Shown: positions 24,623 through 37,094, counted from the whole stretch's first letter. The stretch is DNA of 62,965 nucleotides, filler included, from Globobulimina sp. (GCA_003354225.1; 41 parts of 41 records of this genome joined end to end with filler, not necessarily neighbours in it), one strand, 5' to 3'. The notes: a model not told the origin generated them from the sequence alone. A program made the numbers and translations.

Positions 24623-25995
24623 ACCATATTTAATAGTTGCTCAATTTTATAAATTTTTATTTCTCTCATTTTAATTGACATGTCCTCAGTATCTATGTCA
24701 AAACCAATAAGATCCAAATAATCCATTGGACCCTCTCTCTTCGTTTCCTTTTCCACCAAACCCGCTTCTTTGATAAAGTCACAAAATTGCTTGAATATAT
24801 CATCAGCAATGGTCTGCGATGGAGGGAGAAATAACATAAAATCATCCACATAATTATTCACAATTACCTTCAACAATTGTTTGCATTCCATTTTAAGTTT
24901 TAATAGCGACTCAAAGAAATCCGACTGCATAAAAATCGAAAATTCCTCTCCCGATAACACCTCCTTCGCTTTGTAAATATTAAATGATAATAAACGCAAT
25001 CCATTGAATAATAAATTGTTTACAAACGGTAGGAGCGCCACCAAATTATTCTCCAATAACCACCTTTTTATACACAAACTATCCCATTTAAATAATAATC
25101 TATTTTCATATATTTCATTTCTATTTTTCTCATTCATTTTTTCATTCATTTTCTTATTAAACTTTCTATAAAAATATAACAGATTCCTTTTCTCAATCCC
25201 TTCATTTATATCATTTAATAAATCAAAACCATTAATTTTTATATTAAAATACCTACAAATTAATTGTCCGACGTCTTGGGTATGTTTTGAACCAGATCTG
25301 GTTCCCCAAAAATCATACAAATCCGCCACCAATTTCTCATCAAATTTATATATGCAATTTTTAGGCTCCGTTATTGCTAAATAAAACTGCCTAAAAGCAG
25401 TCGCCAAATCTGTTTTGGCCAATTTGAAGCCCGGACCCCATATTAAATACATAATATAACAGTATGCTGCAATATCTTTTAAATAAATTAACTTTATATT
25501 TGCTTTATGATCCGGTGTTAATTCATTTAATGATGGATAGGTTTTTGAACCCTTCGTTCCATCCCTAATTATTCTAAATTCATATATTTCCCCCGTAAAA
25601 GGATCCACATTCTTCTCTCTCGCAAATAATGGAATAATGCCATTCGGGCTTCCTAACCAACCCACTGCCTTACCAATATCCATATTATTTGTTAAATCCA
25701 TTGCTATCTCCATCCTACTCCTTCTATCCATTTCTTTTTCTGAATAGGTTTCTTGATTTAATTTTTTATTTTGCGGATTCTCTATTCCTATTTTCCAACC
25801 AAATTCTAAATTATTCTTCATAATAATACACATGAAACGGTATACAATCTCATCATTATCACAGCTCTCTATTAGGGGCAGTATAATTTCATGCCAATAC
25901 CATCTCCTTTTATATAGAATCGAAATCTTATATTTTGAATTTGTGTATGCCATTCTAAATAGTTCCAATACTATTTCTTCATTTGCTATATACAA
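24623..25995 (-). mobile_element. DIRS-like (tyrosine-recombinase retrotransposon) reverse transcriptase with large in-frame insertion; partial
   Basis: RIIRDG..SLNE, LAKTDLATAFRQ (motif A), FWGTRSGS (motif B), YVDDF (motif C), GL...K.EGP...LIGFDIDT..M.I, as in DIRS1-group RTs. Confidence 0.88.
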
Positions 25996-26160
25996 ATATA
26001 TATATTACCACTTTTTAATATTACTACTTTTTAATATATATAGATCCTATTTGCACCACANNNNNNNNNNNNNNNNNNNNNNNNNNNNNNNNNNNNNNNN
26101 NNNNTTAATTAATTAANNNNNNNNNNNNNNNNNNNNNNNNNNNNNNNNNNNNNNNNNNNN

Positions 26161-26918
26161 AGTCATTAAAGTTGTTATGATTTTAGTGGCTTTTCTATTT
26201 TGAATTAGTTCTAGTTTTAGTAAAGCTTTCATTTGACTCATTGCTGCAATTTTAGATTAAAAATGCATTTAATTGAGAGGTATTTGTCGGAGTATAAAGT
26301 TAATTACATACATATTATCAAGGAAGCAGCGGCCATAAATCCGACGATGACAGAATGAGATAACATATTTGCGAGCAAGCCGGCATTGACTAAGCCCAAA
26401 CAAAACTGGATCAAACCAACTTGGAAGCCCAACATTGCTGATAATGACACAAAGTGCATCGCATAATCATCGTCATGCAATTCTTGACCAATGCTACTGA
26501 GCTGAGATCGGATTGCTTCTCCAGACATTATCGATCTGTGATAAAAATAAAATTAAATTGTGTGAAAAATAGAATTAAAAGAATACGTAAACGTGATTGC
26601 AATGATTGACACTTGCAACTGCCCGGATGTACCAAATATGGAATAAATAATCGGTGCAAGCATTGCAACGTACAGTCCATGCACTTCATTTAGACCGGCC
26701 AGCGCAGCTAAAGCCATTGATTGCGGAATGGACATAATACCGACTGTCACTCCTGACAATAAATCCGGAGCCAATAAGTCTGCTTTGTACTTAGGTAACC
26801 AATATAAAATCGGGATGTGTATCTTCCAATCATCACAATCATTTTTGCGTGGTATAAGTTGAAATGTTGAGTGGTGCTTCATGCAAAGTAGCTTAACGAA
26901 ATATTCAGATATAGGCAA
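26161..26918 (-). CDS. SulP/SLC26 anion transporter, N-terminal exons
   Basis: PILYWLPKY, DLLSGVTVGIMSIPQSMALA.LAGL...GLY, IYSIFGTS, LSHSVIVGFMAAA; two short introns. Confidence 0.93.
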
Positions 26919-27131
26919 CCCCCCCTCGCCTCACATTTTTGATTATTCAAACAATTCACATTATTTTGACAGATACCAACTGCACATTGGACAAAAAGAT
27001 TTATTTAAGTTGTTTTTAATACAATAGACAGAGCCACACCACTTCACAGCAGTGTATAGATTTTAATGGAAAAAGGAAAATCAACCAATAATTTAGCCAA
27101 TAAATTAAATAATACAAAAAATGTATTTAAC

Positions 27132-27597
27132 AATATTTATTCCATGAACCCAAATGTGTATTTATTTGTGTGTATTTATACTATTTTTCATATGCTTGAT
27201 TAGAAAAAGAACAAAAGTGTTGGCTTAGTAGCTCAATATGTGGATAGAGCATATGTCTGCAGCTTTATGCTGTATCCTTGAAATATTTCGATATTTCAAC
27301 TCAACCCCAACTTAATTTAACAATGAAGCTTTTTAAACAACAATTAACAGCCTCCTGGTTCAATTTCTCTTCTTGTGAAATATGATAATAAAATTGAGTT
27401 TGAGTTAAATAATGCATATAAATGTGGGTTTAAATCCCACCTAAGCCATTAACCATAATTATAACAGCACAGTGGAAACTCCGCTTTTTTAATTAAAACC
27501 TTAAGGTTTTTGCATTTAAAAAAAAGAAAATCTCATAGTAAAATATAGTATAAATGCACACAAATAAATACACATTTGGGTTCATGGCATAAATATT
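27132..27597. mobile_element. Inverted-repeat-bounded (MITE/foldback-like) element containing a tRNA-like gene
   Basis: 27132-27184 matches the reverse complement of 27545-27597 at 51 of 53 positions; the right arm runs to the contig edge. Confidence 0.7.
27222..27448 (+). tRNA. tRNA-Cys(GCA)-like gene or pseudogene with ~150-nt intron (27263-27412)
   Basis: Acceptor GGCTTAG/CTAAGCC, D stem GCTC/GAGC, anticodon stem TATGT/GCATA, loop CT-GCA-G|intron|T, T arm GTGGG-TTTAAAT-CCCAC. Confidence 0.7.
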
Positions 27598-27698
27598 TNN
27601 NNNNNNNNNNNNNNNNNNNNNNNNNNNNNNNNNNNNNNNNNNTTAATTAATTAANNNNNNNNNNNNNNNNNNNNNNNNNNNNNNNNNNNNNNNNNNNN

Positions 27699-29136
27699 CG
27701 ATGGGCAATGACTAAAACAGTTCTTCCTCTCATCACATTATTCAATGCCTTTTGCACCAACTCTTCAGATTTCGCATCCAAAGAACTTGTGGCCTCATCC
27801 AAGAGCAATATTTGTGGATTTAACAATATCGCTCTCGCCAACGCAATCCGTTGCTTTTGACCTCCACTTAATCGCACTCCTCTTTCTCCACACAATGTAT
27901 CATATCCTTCCGGGAAATTCATCACAAAATGATGACAATTTGCCTTTTTTGCAGCAGATATAATTTCCTCTTCTGATATGTTCCTATATTCCAACTGGTT
28001 TTCATCACTCTTCTCTCTGTCAATGGATTTGCCAAATAATATATTATCCCGTATAGATCTGGCAAATAATATCGGTTCCTGGCTCACATAACCAATCTGC
28101 GAATGTAACAATGGCAAATTATATTGTTTTATATTGACGCCATCAATGTTTATTTCACCCAGACTGACATCGTAGAATCTCATTATGAGCGACACAATGG
28201 ATGACTTTCCATGGCCACTTTCACCGACCAACGCAGTCACACATCCGGGCCTAATCTCAAAGGATAACTTATTTAACACAATTTTGTCCATTCTCGAGGG
28301 GTATCGGAATGATATATCTTTTAATTCAACATTGCCTTTAATGTTTGCATCATTTCCCTCCTTCCTCTCCGCATTCATAATATTGTTATTTTGTATATGT
28401 AGCAGTAAAGTTGACTGTATTTTGGTTGCTTTATAGCTCTTGTTTTTATTCTGAGTGCTCTCTGTTAATGACATTGCCTGCAAGCCACCATTTGGTGAGA
28501 TCTTAGTGGTCCTATCCAACAAATTAAAAATGCGATCCCCAGCACCCAGAGCCTTCATGATAATGCTAAAGAAATTGACAAAGGAAACCAGCGAGAAAGC
28601 GATGGTTATTGTAATCAGTAAATATGAGGTCAGTGCGCCGGAAGAAATGTGGTTTTCTAGCACTTTATTCGCGCCATACCATAGCACCAAAGCCACATTG
28701 AAATATCCCAAACAAGTGATGAAGAAAATGAATCCGCCCAATGTCAGAGCCATACGTTTGCCCATTAAATATGTGGAATTGATGGCGATATGGTATAACC
28801 AGAATTGGTCCGATTCTTTGCTGAAAGACTTTACTGTTCGGATATTGGTAATGGATTCATTGGCAATCTCGGTGGCTTTGGCTAGAATGTCCTGATTGGT
28901 TTTGGATAAGTTGCGGTAATGTTTGCCATACAATTTGCCAGAGATTACAATGATGGGCACACTCGATATCATAACCAACGTCAAATCCCAACTGATAAAC
29001 CATAAATATGTGACACCTAAACAAGTATTCATGAGCGAGGAGATGGCGACGGCGATTTGTGAGGTCGCGGCTTGTTTCATTTGGGTCGTGTCTGAAGATA
29101 AACGATTTATCAGTTCTCCAGTTTTATTTACATCAA
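27699..29136 (-). CDS. ABC transporter subfamily B half-transporter (TAP/ABCB10-like), partial
   Basis: TMD, then Walker A GESGHGKS, Q-loop VSQEP, signature LSGGQKQR, Walker B LLLDEATS, H-loop VIAH. Confidence 0.95.
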
Positions 29137-29238
29137 NNNNNNNNNNNNNNNNNNNNNNNNNNNNNNNNNNNNNNNNNNNNTTAATTAATTAANNNNNNNN
29201 NNNNNNNNNNNNNNNNNNNNNNNNNNNNNNNNNNNNAA

Positions 29239-29712
29239 TACAGTTATCCGCCACCACCGATGCCACCGCATGCTGCAAATCGTCAGAAGATGGGCCATCC
29301 GAGGCAGCAATTTGAGGGTCAGATGATGCAGAATGCGCAGTATCCGCCACAGAGCCATTGGGGTGCTCCCAGCGCCACGTTTCCGTCGGCAAACAATGTC
29401 AATCATGCAAGGGCCGCTAATGCCAATCGGGCCCCATCCAATCCGCGTGGTGCTGCACCAAATCAAAATCGACGAAGAGCGGGTGAGGCGTACTATATCT
29501 TGAAGCAAGGCCATCATTTCGTGCGACCAGAGGTTGTTGGCACGCGGCCATGCCGATATTTCGAAGATGATACGCAAATATGCACGTATCGGAATGATTT
29601 TTTGTGTTGTAAATGGCCGCATTATTGTACCATTTGTGGGTTGGCCAATGCCCATACGGCTAGAAATTGTCCGAATGCCCAAAATAAGCACTTTGCGGGG
29701 GCAGGACGTTGA
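29239..29712 (+). CDS. DIRS-like gag C-terminus with CCCH + CCHC zinc fingers
   Basis: PCRYF...C.....C..PHYCTICG...H.ARNCP after a P/Q/N/A-rich region. Confidence 0.7.
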   Translation, partial: YSYPPPPMPPHAANRQKMGHPRQQFEGQMMQNAQYPPQSHWGAPSATFPSANNVNHARAANANRAPSNPRGAAPNQNRRRAGEAYYILKQGHHFVRPEVVGTRPCRYFEDDTQICTYRNDFLCCKWPHYCTICGLANAHTARNCPNAQNKHFAGAGR

Positions 29713-30320
29713 GGCCTCGATCATGCCATTTATCTCATCGTTATCCTATATATTTTGTCATCTATCTATGTGGTTGTTGAGGGCTGGGATTCTTTTCTTG
29801 AAGCACGTCAGTTTTGTTTTCGTTTTCGTGACCGAGCCGTTTGTGCTTGTGTTGATTCAAATATGTGCAGATTATACGTATATTACCTGTCTTTTGTTTT
29901 TGTGGCTTTCCCTTTAATTTAATATTCACCACGACTTGGTTTAGGCTTTTTGCTGAGAGTTGTTGCTAATGACAAAGGTCGTAGACTCGGTTTAGGCGAT
30001 GTTATGTTGCTGAGAGTTGGTATCGACGTTATAGCTTTGGTGGTCGCGTTGAGAGAGAGAGTGCATTGTTTCCATGCGGACTGAGGTTTTTCTGTTAGTC
30101 TTTTGGCGTAATGCGTTTTTTTCTGGCACTTTGGGAAAGGGGTTGTATACCACCAACTTTGTCTGAAATAAGTTGTGAATTGGAGTGAGAGATATTTGTG
30201 TTGCATCGTTATGCGTGCAATGTTGACGGTAGGTATCGAAGTTGTGTGCACAAAAATAGTGAGATAACTTTTGTCTATGTTCGACGGTATCTGTGTTATT
30301 GATCATATCACTATTAATTA

Positions 30321-30674
30321 GGCACTGAGAGACTGATTATGGCGGCTTTTGATTCGGCGTATGCGAAGTCCAAGTATTTTGTGTCACCGTTGATCAAGGC
30401 AAACCGCGTCTGGTTTGAGGAGTTGATTCCGTTTATCATTGCGAACAGCCCTCGGGGGAAATACCTGTATCTGTGCTATATCAATCAGCATTATCTCAAA
30501 TATGGCTGGGAGCTGGGCATTGATAATGTGGACGATCGCCCCATGAATACGAAGACCTATGATATAATCAAACTGTAATAGCAAATGAAACCCAATTGAG
30601 AGACTCGTTTCCGAAAGAAGGCCTAGAGGAGGAACCCGGTGAAATCGAATCGACTTGTTTGGATAATGGGTTTT
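30321..30674 (+). pseudogene. Degenerate DIRS-like pol N-terminus, homologous to the RT ORF at 24623-25995
   Basis: AYAKSKYFVSPLIK...W.E..P.I...GWELGIDN...NTKTY aligns with AYTNSKYKISILYK...W.E..P.I...GWKIGIEN...NQETY; then stop/frameshift with residual FPKE..GEI. Confidence 0.75.
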
Positions 30675-30924
30675 NNNNNNNNNNNNNNNNNNNNNNNNNN
30701 NNNNNNNNNNNNNNNNNNTTAATTAATTAANNNNNNNNNNNNNNNNNNNNNNNNNNNNNNNNNNNNNNNNNNNNTCGCAGAGTTCCAAAATCCCAAAAGT
30801 CTATGGATCCTAAAACATGAACGACAATGATTATGAAAATATGTATAATACGTTTTTATTTAGTATTCTTGTGATAACAATGATTTTAAGATTTTCACAA
30901 AGTAAGCTTGTCATCGAAAATCTG

Positions 30925-32212
30925 CTATTTTAATTGAAAAACTTCAAACTCTTTGACATTAAAAGTCCGTATACCTCCATTCAAATAATGCGCTCCAGGT
31001 TGAGCATAAGCATGTTTATTAGTGTATGAATTATTGTTTGTATTGAAATTAGATTGGAGATAGATATCGCCGGCACCAAATACACAGCCCATACTCGGAT
31101 TGTATAATAAAGCGTATTGTTGGTGCACAATATTAAATATTTGAGCTTTATACTTCTTCGATGATCTGATTAGAAAAATAAAGGCGTTTGGATCAGCGCC
31201 GTATGAGCCGCCGAATTTCTTCCATTCGATTTCTGCATATCCTCCAAACACATTATTCGTATCTGTTTGTACAATGCATAACGTATTTTTTTTATAATCA
31301 CATTTTGCATGAAACTCAGTTCCCGTAAATCCATCTCTTGACGCTCGGAAAATTAACTTCCATTTGGGAGTAGATTTAATTTTATCTTTGATCATTTCTT
31401 TCAATTTCCTCATCTCGCGAGAATGCAATATCTTACTGCTTGTTTTTGGTGTTTTTATTGCGTATACTTTCGTTGCATAGTCACTCCAACCACTCTCATT
31501 CAATAATTTCATTCGAATTACATAGGTTTTCCCATTCCGAATATGTTCTGTTATCCTACATTCTTTATCATGTTTTTTTCTTTTTTTTGATACTTTATAT
31601 TCGACAGTAAACCATTTTAATTTATTGTATTTGTTATATGATAAAGCTGCAATTATTTGTATCTTCGGTTTTGATGATGACATATACAATTTATCTTTTT
31701 TCTTTTTTTTCTTTCGTTTTGATTTGGATTTCTTTGATTTTTTGAATTTTGCGCGTAGTTTGGTATTAAATCCAGTCCCTTCATCGCTGTTTGTATCTGA
31801 ACCAGAACCAGACGCATCGGAGGAATTTGAATCAGTTTCGGTCTCTGTATCGGAGCCGGAGGCTGTGTCTGAATCTGTGTCGCTGTCACTGTCACTTTGT
31901 TTTTCTTCCTTATATCCGCTCCATACTTCAGCATCATTCTTAATCAATGCATATTGAATACAAATCTTTAAAATAGGTTTATTTATTGATAACTGATATT
32001 TTTTCTTAATGTCATATTGTATCAAAATCGAATCAGACTCAACTTTCCTAATTTTTAGGATTGGAGCAAATGGCTTATCACAATCATCAATTTTTATCAT
32101 TGCCGTAAATCCATCCATCACTTCCATTGCTTCATCAATGTCAAACTTAACATTTGGTTTTGTGACAGCAACTGTTGTTGGAATCGCTGGCTTATTTTTG
32201 AATGTTAATATG
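30925..32212 (-). CDS. FN3-like + TLDc domain protein, 5'-partial
   Basis: WKLIFRASRDGF...FHAKCD...NVFGGY...FG.GD..EFEVF (TLDc); Y.IRMKLLNESGWSDY (FN3 end); S/D and K-rich insert. Confidence 0.9.
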
Positions 32213-32312
32213 NNNNNNNNNNNNNNNNNNNNNNNNNNNNNNNNNNNNNNNNNNNNTTAATTAATTAANNNNNNNNNNNNNNNNNNNNNNNNNNNNNNNN
32301 NNNNNNNNNNNN

Positions 32313-33750
32313 TCTAGAAGGAACCAATGCTGTGGTAATAGGTGCTGGAATAGTTGGTGTTTGTACCGCATTTGAATTATCCAAAAGTGGTTACGCTGTT
32401 ACAGTGATCGAACGATTTCCATTGCCAGGAGTCAGTATTCCATTCATTAATTTATATCACTTTCATTCAAATTAGTATTACATTAATATTTAGCAATTCT
32501 GTTCAATGGGAAATGCCGGCGTTGTTACAGACCACAAAGCGCCACCATTTAAATCCTTGGCACCAAAATATCAATTTTCGCCGGTGATGTGGGAAGCATT
32601 TAAATCGCTGTCACCAACATTCAAACCAAATTACAGTTCATATGCTTTAGTAGATCCATACTTTTTTGCAGATATCACATCTCATAAATGGTTATATGCA
32701 TTCTTTAAATCAAGTTTCCACCAAAAAAATCAAGATTTATCCGATTATTTTGCCACATTTTGTATAAATGCGTTTCTGTCAAACGCAGCTCAAGTTAAAA
32801 AAACGACTGATTCTGATTTCCTCTCTAACCCAACGCATGCAAAAGTATTTCCATCCTCGCCCTCAAACATTAAAAATCCGAAGAATTTGTACACAACTTT
32901 GAGTCAGACACAGTCAAAACAGTTTGAGTCAGAATCAACTCAGACTCAGAAACGCATTGACGATATTACCCTAGAAATTAATTCAAACTCATACACAAGT
33001 GATTGCCATGCTTTTTGCAATTCCATTCCAGATCTCACAAACGAAATTAATTTCAGATTCAACACTGAAGCTACGCAAATATTGGTGGATAAAGAAAATA
33101 AAGTTTGTGGTGTTGAAATTGATAATAATACAATAATCAAAGCGGATAAAATTGTAATCTGTGCAGGTGTGCTCACCAATAATATTGTTCAAAATAAGGT
33201 ATATCAAATCAATGAGCATTTGCAAAGAAAGAAACTTAAATTGCCATATATTCCAATTGCACCATTACAAGGGTTTAGTATTTCTGTTCCATATTCGCCA
33301 AACAGTAAATATAAATATCCATTTGGTTCAATCTGTTATTTTCCATCACGTATTTATGTGTCGCGTATCGATGAGAATATTTTGCGGTTTTCAGCTTACG
33401 GATATTTTAGGAATGCTGGATATGCCACAAAAGTATGGAACAATATGCAAAATAAAATAGAACCAAGACAAGGAATTCAAAGCAATATTTATAATCCGAG
33501 CAAGTTTGAAAACGCTTTGTTAGATAATTTGGAAAATTGTGTTAAAGACAATTTATTATCATTGTATGACATTGATGAGAAATATTTTGATGAAAATAAG
33601 TTGAGATGGACAGGGTTTAGACCTTATACGCCCGATGGATTGCCGATTGTTGATCAAATAAAACGTATAAATGGATTGTATGTGAATGCAGGACATGGGA
33701 CAGAAGGATCGAAAACCGCTCATGGCACAGCTAAGTTATTGGTCAATTTA
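32313..33750 (+). CDS. FAD-dependent D-amino-acid dehydrogenase (DadA/DAO family), partial, one intron
   Basis: VVIGAGIVGVCTAFEL...VTVIER; intron 32431-32493; CSMGNAG; WTGFRPYTPDGLP; LYVNAGHG. Confidence 0.9.
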
Positions 33751-33850
33751 NNNNNNNNNNNNNNNNNNNNNNNNNNNNNNNNNNNNNNNNNNNNTTAATT
33801 AATTAANNNNNNNNNNNNNNNNNNNNNNNNNNNNNNNNNNNNNNNNNNNN

Positions 33851-34136
33851 TCAATTTAAATTCGATCATATACCCAGTTGAGAACAATCTTGGTTGACTA
33901 TTAAAGGCAATCATGGCTTTAATAATACGCATATTGATATGGCAGCGTTGTTTGTGGCACACGGACCAAGCTTTAAAAAAGGTTATGTAAAGGATAGGGT
34001 GGATAATATTCATTTATATGAGTTGTTTTGCTATTTGATGGGAATGGAACCGTCGCAGAATAATGGTTCTATTGCGGCAATAAAAGACATTTTAGTTGAC
34101 ATAAATGCATCTGTTAACGTTTCCTTCTCAACGTAG
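33851..34136 (+). CDS. Nucleotide pyrophosphatase/phosphodiesterase (ENPP), C-terminus
   Basis: GNHGFNN...DMAALFVAHGPSFK...NIHLYELFC.LMG.EP..NNGS. Confidence 0.88.
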
Positions 34137-34222
34137 TTCTGGAAAGGAAACCATTAAATTCTGTATAATCAATTCATAAAACTTTAACGAAAACAGTTTG
34201 AACGGTTTTTTTTAATTACACC

Positions 34223-35288
34223 ATGCCAAAACACGGATTTTTAACAGCCAAAGCAATTTCAAATCGGATAAAAGCAAAAGGTTTACAAAAATTAAAATGG
34301 TATTGTCAAATGTGTGAGAAACAATGTCGGGATGAAAATGGCTTTAAGGTTCCATTATTTTCATTTAATCCTTGCACCTAATATTTATTACAATTAATAA
34401 AATAATAAACAGTGTCATAAGTTGTCAGAAAGTCATCAACGTAAAATGAAATTATTTATTTCAGCTCCAAAAAAGTTTATGAATGACTTCAGTCGAGAAT
34501 TTGACAAATGTTTTATGCAAATCTTGCGGTTAAAAGGAGGGCGGAGAGTGAAAGCAAATGAAGTGTATCAGGATTACATTGCAAACAGACAACATATTCA
34601 CATGAATGCCACTGTTTGGTCCACATTGACCGGATACGTATTATATTTGGGCAAAACTGGCAAAGCCAAAGTTGAGAGAGCTGACAATGAGTCAAGTAGC
34701 CAGAAAGCAACATGGTACATAACATATATTGACAGGGATCCAGAGGTTATTTCGAAGCAAAACCAAGTTAAAAAAATGCAAAAAATGGAAGAAAGAGAAC
34801 GCAAATTAGAATCACAAAGAATTGCGCAGATTATAGAGAAAAATATAAAATTAAATAAAATCCGAGGAAACGACTATAAAATCACAGAGTTAAATAAATA
34901 TGATAGTGATAAAAAAATAACATTTGAGTTTAAACCCAAAAAACTGCATTTATCCAATGACAATGAGGAGGATCCGGATAATGACCATTGTGATAAGTCA
35001 GATAATTCCGAGAAAGTGCACAGACAAAATAATAGGAAACGGAAATTGAGCAATTTAGAAGCATTGATGGAAGAAAATGAAACTAAGAAACGAAAATTGA
35101 ATGGAAATAATGAGGATTTGTATGATAATACATGGTTAATGAAAGGGATTGTGGTTAAAATAAATTATGGAGATTATAGAGGAAAAAAAGGAATTATTTT
35201 GGATGTTATTGATAAAAATAAGAAAATGAAAGCAGTGGTAAAATTGTTAAAGTGTAAAGAAGGAGAAATTGAATTGAAAATAAAGGAA
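34223..35288 (+). CDS. KIN17: DNA/RNA-binding protein KIN17, two exons, 3'-truncated
   Basis: MPKHGFLTAKAISNRIKAKGLQKLKWYCQMCEKQCRDENGFK|CH (intron 34349-34412); HIHMNATVWSTLT; C-terminal KOW-like region. Confidence 0.96.
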
Positions 35289-35565
35289 NNNNNNNNNNNN
35301 NNNNNNNNNNNNNNNNNNNNNNNNNNNNNNNNTTAATTAATTAANNNNNNNNNNNNNNNNNNNNNNNNNNNNNNNNNNNNNNNNNNNNAATTTTGGCAAG
35401 AAACAATAGAAAGTAATTCATATCAAAAATGAAAACATTAGCAACAAAAAAAAGTGTTGCTACTGTTTTTATGTATTTGATGGGAATTACTTTTTATTTG
35501 TTATTTTTTTGATGCATTCGTGTCAAGAATTTTTACAATGTCATTTTTATTAATTAATACAAAAA

Positions 35566-36826
35566 TTACTCCATTAATGTTCTATATCCATCACCTGACG
35601 AATTCCTCATAAATAGCCACCACGCCGCCAATCCCAACACTAATACCACAGCGCATATTATTCCCAAAATTGCTCCAGCTTTCAACTTAGTATTATTCTT
35701 AGATTCACCATTTATTGTAATATTTTGCCTGGTGCTGATATTATTGTTGGCATCACATAAATCTATATCCATCACCAAATATGTTCTCGGTGAATTATCA
35801 TTTGTGGATAAATCTGTTTTCAATGAATTTGGTACATTTATCCGATGAGTTTCACTATTTTTCTCGAAATAAAAAGAATATGGTTTGCCCTCATCCTTTG
35901 GATAATGTTTAACACAGTCAAATGTTGCATTTTTGCATTGTTGATAATATACATTTACTTTCGATCCAACTGCAATATTGGACGAAAATGAGAAAGAATT
36001 TGTGCCTCCTTTATTCAATCGGAATGGTATATTATTCGTATTGCTCTCATCTTTGACAGATATTATTTTAACTGATGGAGCTGCAGTATTCATTGTCACT
36101 TTAACTGCAATTTTGCCATTTGTTATTAATTCATACCGATTACTATTAAGAGTACCAATTGATGACAGGGTCGAAGGTGTATTCCAATACATCTTTAATA
36201 CATAGTCTCCACTGATAATATTTGCTCCATTCTTGTTTTTAATATCAATAAATTTCCACCCGAATGATTTATAACTATCCATCCATTGCGGACCACAATA
36301 AAATATAAATATGTTTTTGCCGTTAATATTCTCCAATGTTAAATATATCATTCCAGTAAAGTCCCCACCACTTATTTCCATTGTTTTATATTGATAAGAT
36401 GCTATATTTACTGCGCCAGTTGTTGTTGTATCAATATCTACAATCATTTGTTTCTGCGAATAAACCAAAAATTGATATGATTTATTCTCATATTCATTGA
36501 AATTATTCACATAAAAGTAATTCGTATCATATGCATTAAATTTATATCGATATCGTGAAATACTTAATATGTATTCACCATCGTTTATCACATCATTTGT
36601 GTCATTTAATTCATCATTAAAGGTTAATGTAAATGGACAATACGTAATATTTGTATCATATTTTGTAATATTTGTAATACAATGCTTATTATCTATTATT
36701 GAGGAAATATTATTTAATTTATATTGTTTTGCTGTTGATGTAATATTCAACGATTTATTATCTGTAATATTTGTTAAGTACACATTGAATTTAAATGTGG
36801 CGTTATTTATTAATGTATTTGCTATC
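35566..36826 (-). CDS. Type I membrane protein, 5'-partial
   Basis: Beta-rich N/T ectodomain, TM AILGIICAVVLVLGLAAWWLF, short tail with YRTL. Confidence 0.7.
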
Positions 36827-37094
36827 NNNNNNNNNNNNNNNNNNNNNNNNNNNNNNNNNNNNNNNNNNNNTTAATTAATTAANNNNNNNNNNNNNNNNNN
36901 NNNNNNNNNNNNNNNNNNNNNNNNNNATGATCGATATCAGTGACAGTGTTTGTGAGCAGGATCGTTTGCATTTATATTGGTCGCTCAGATTAGGTTACTG
37001 AATGTTGTAATTTTGAGTAAGTTTTGCGAAAAAAAAGCGTTAAAATAAAAATAAAAAAAAAAGTGTTAAAATAACAATAAGAGAAGAATGTGGT

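Noticed and set aside
24623-25995. RT as retron, DGR, group II intron or telomerase
   Set aside because: Motifs around A, B and downstream of YVDD fit DIRS-type RTs, and a homologous copy follows a gag-like ORF
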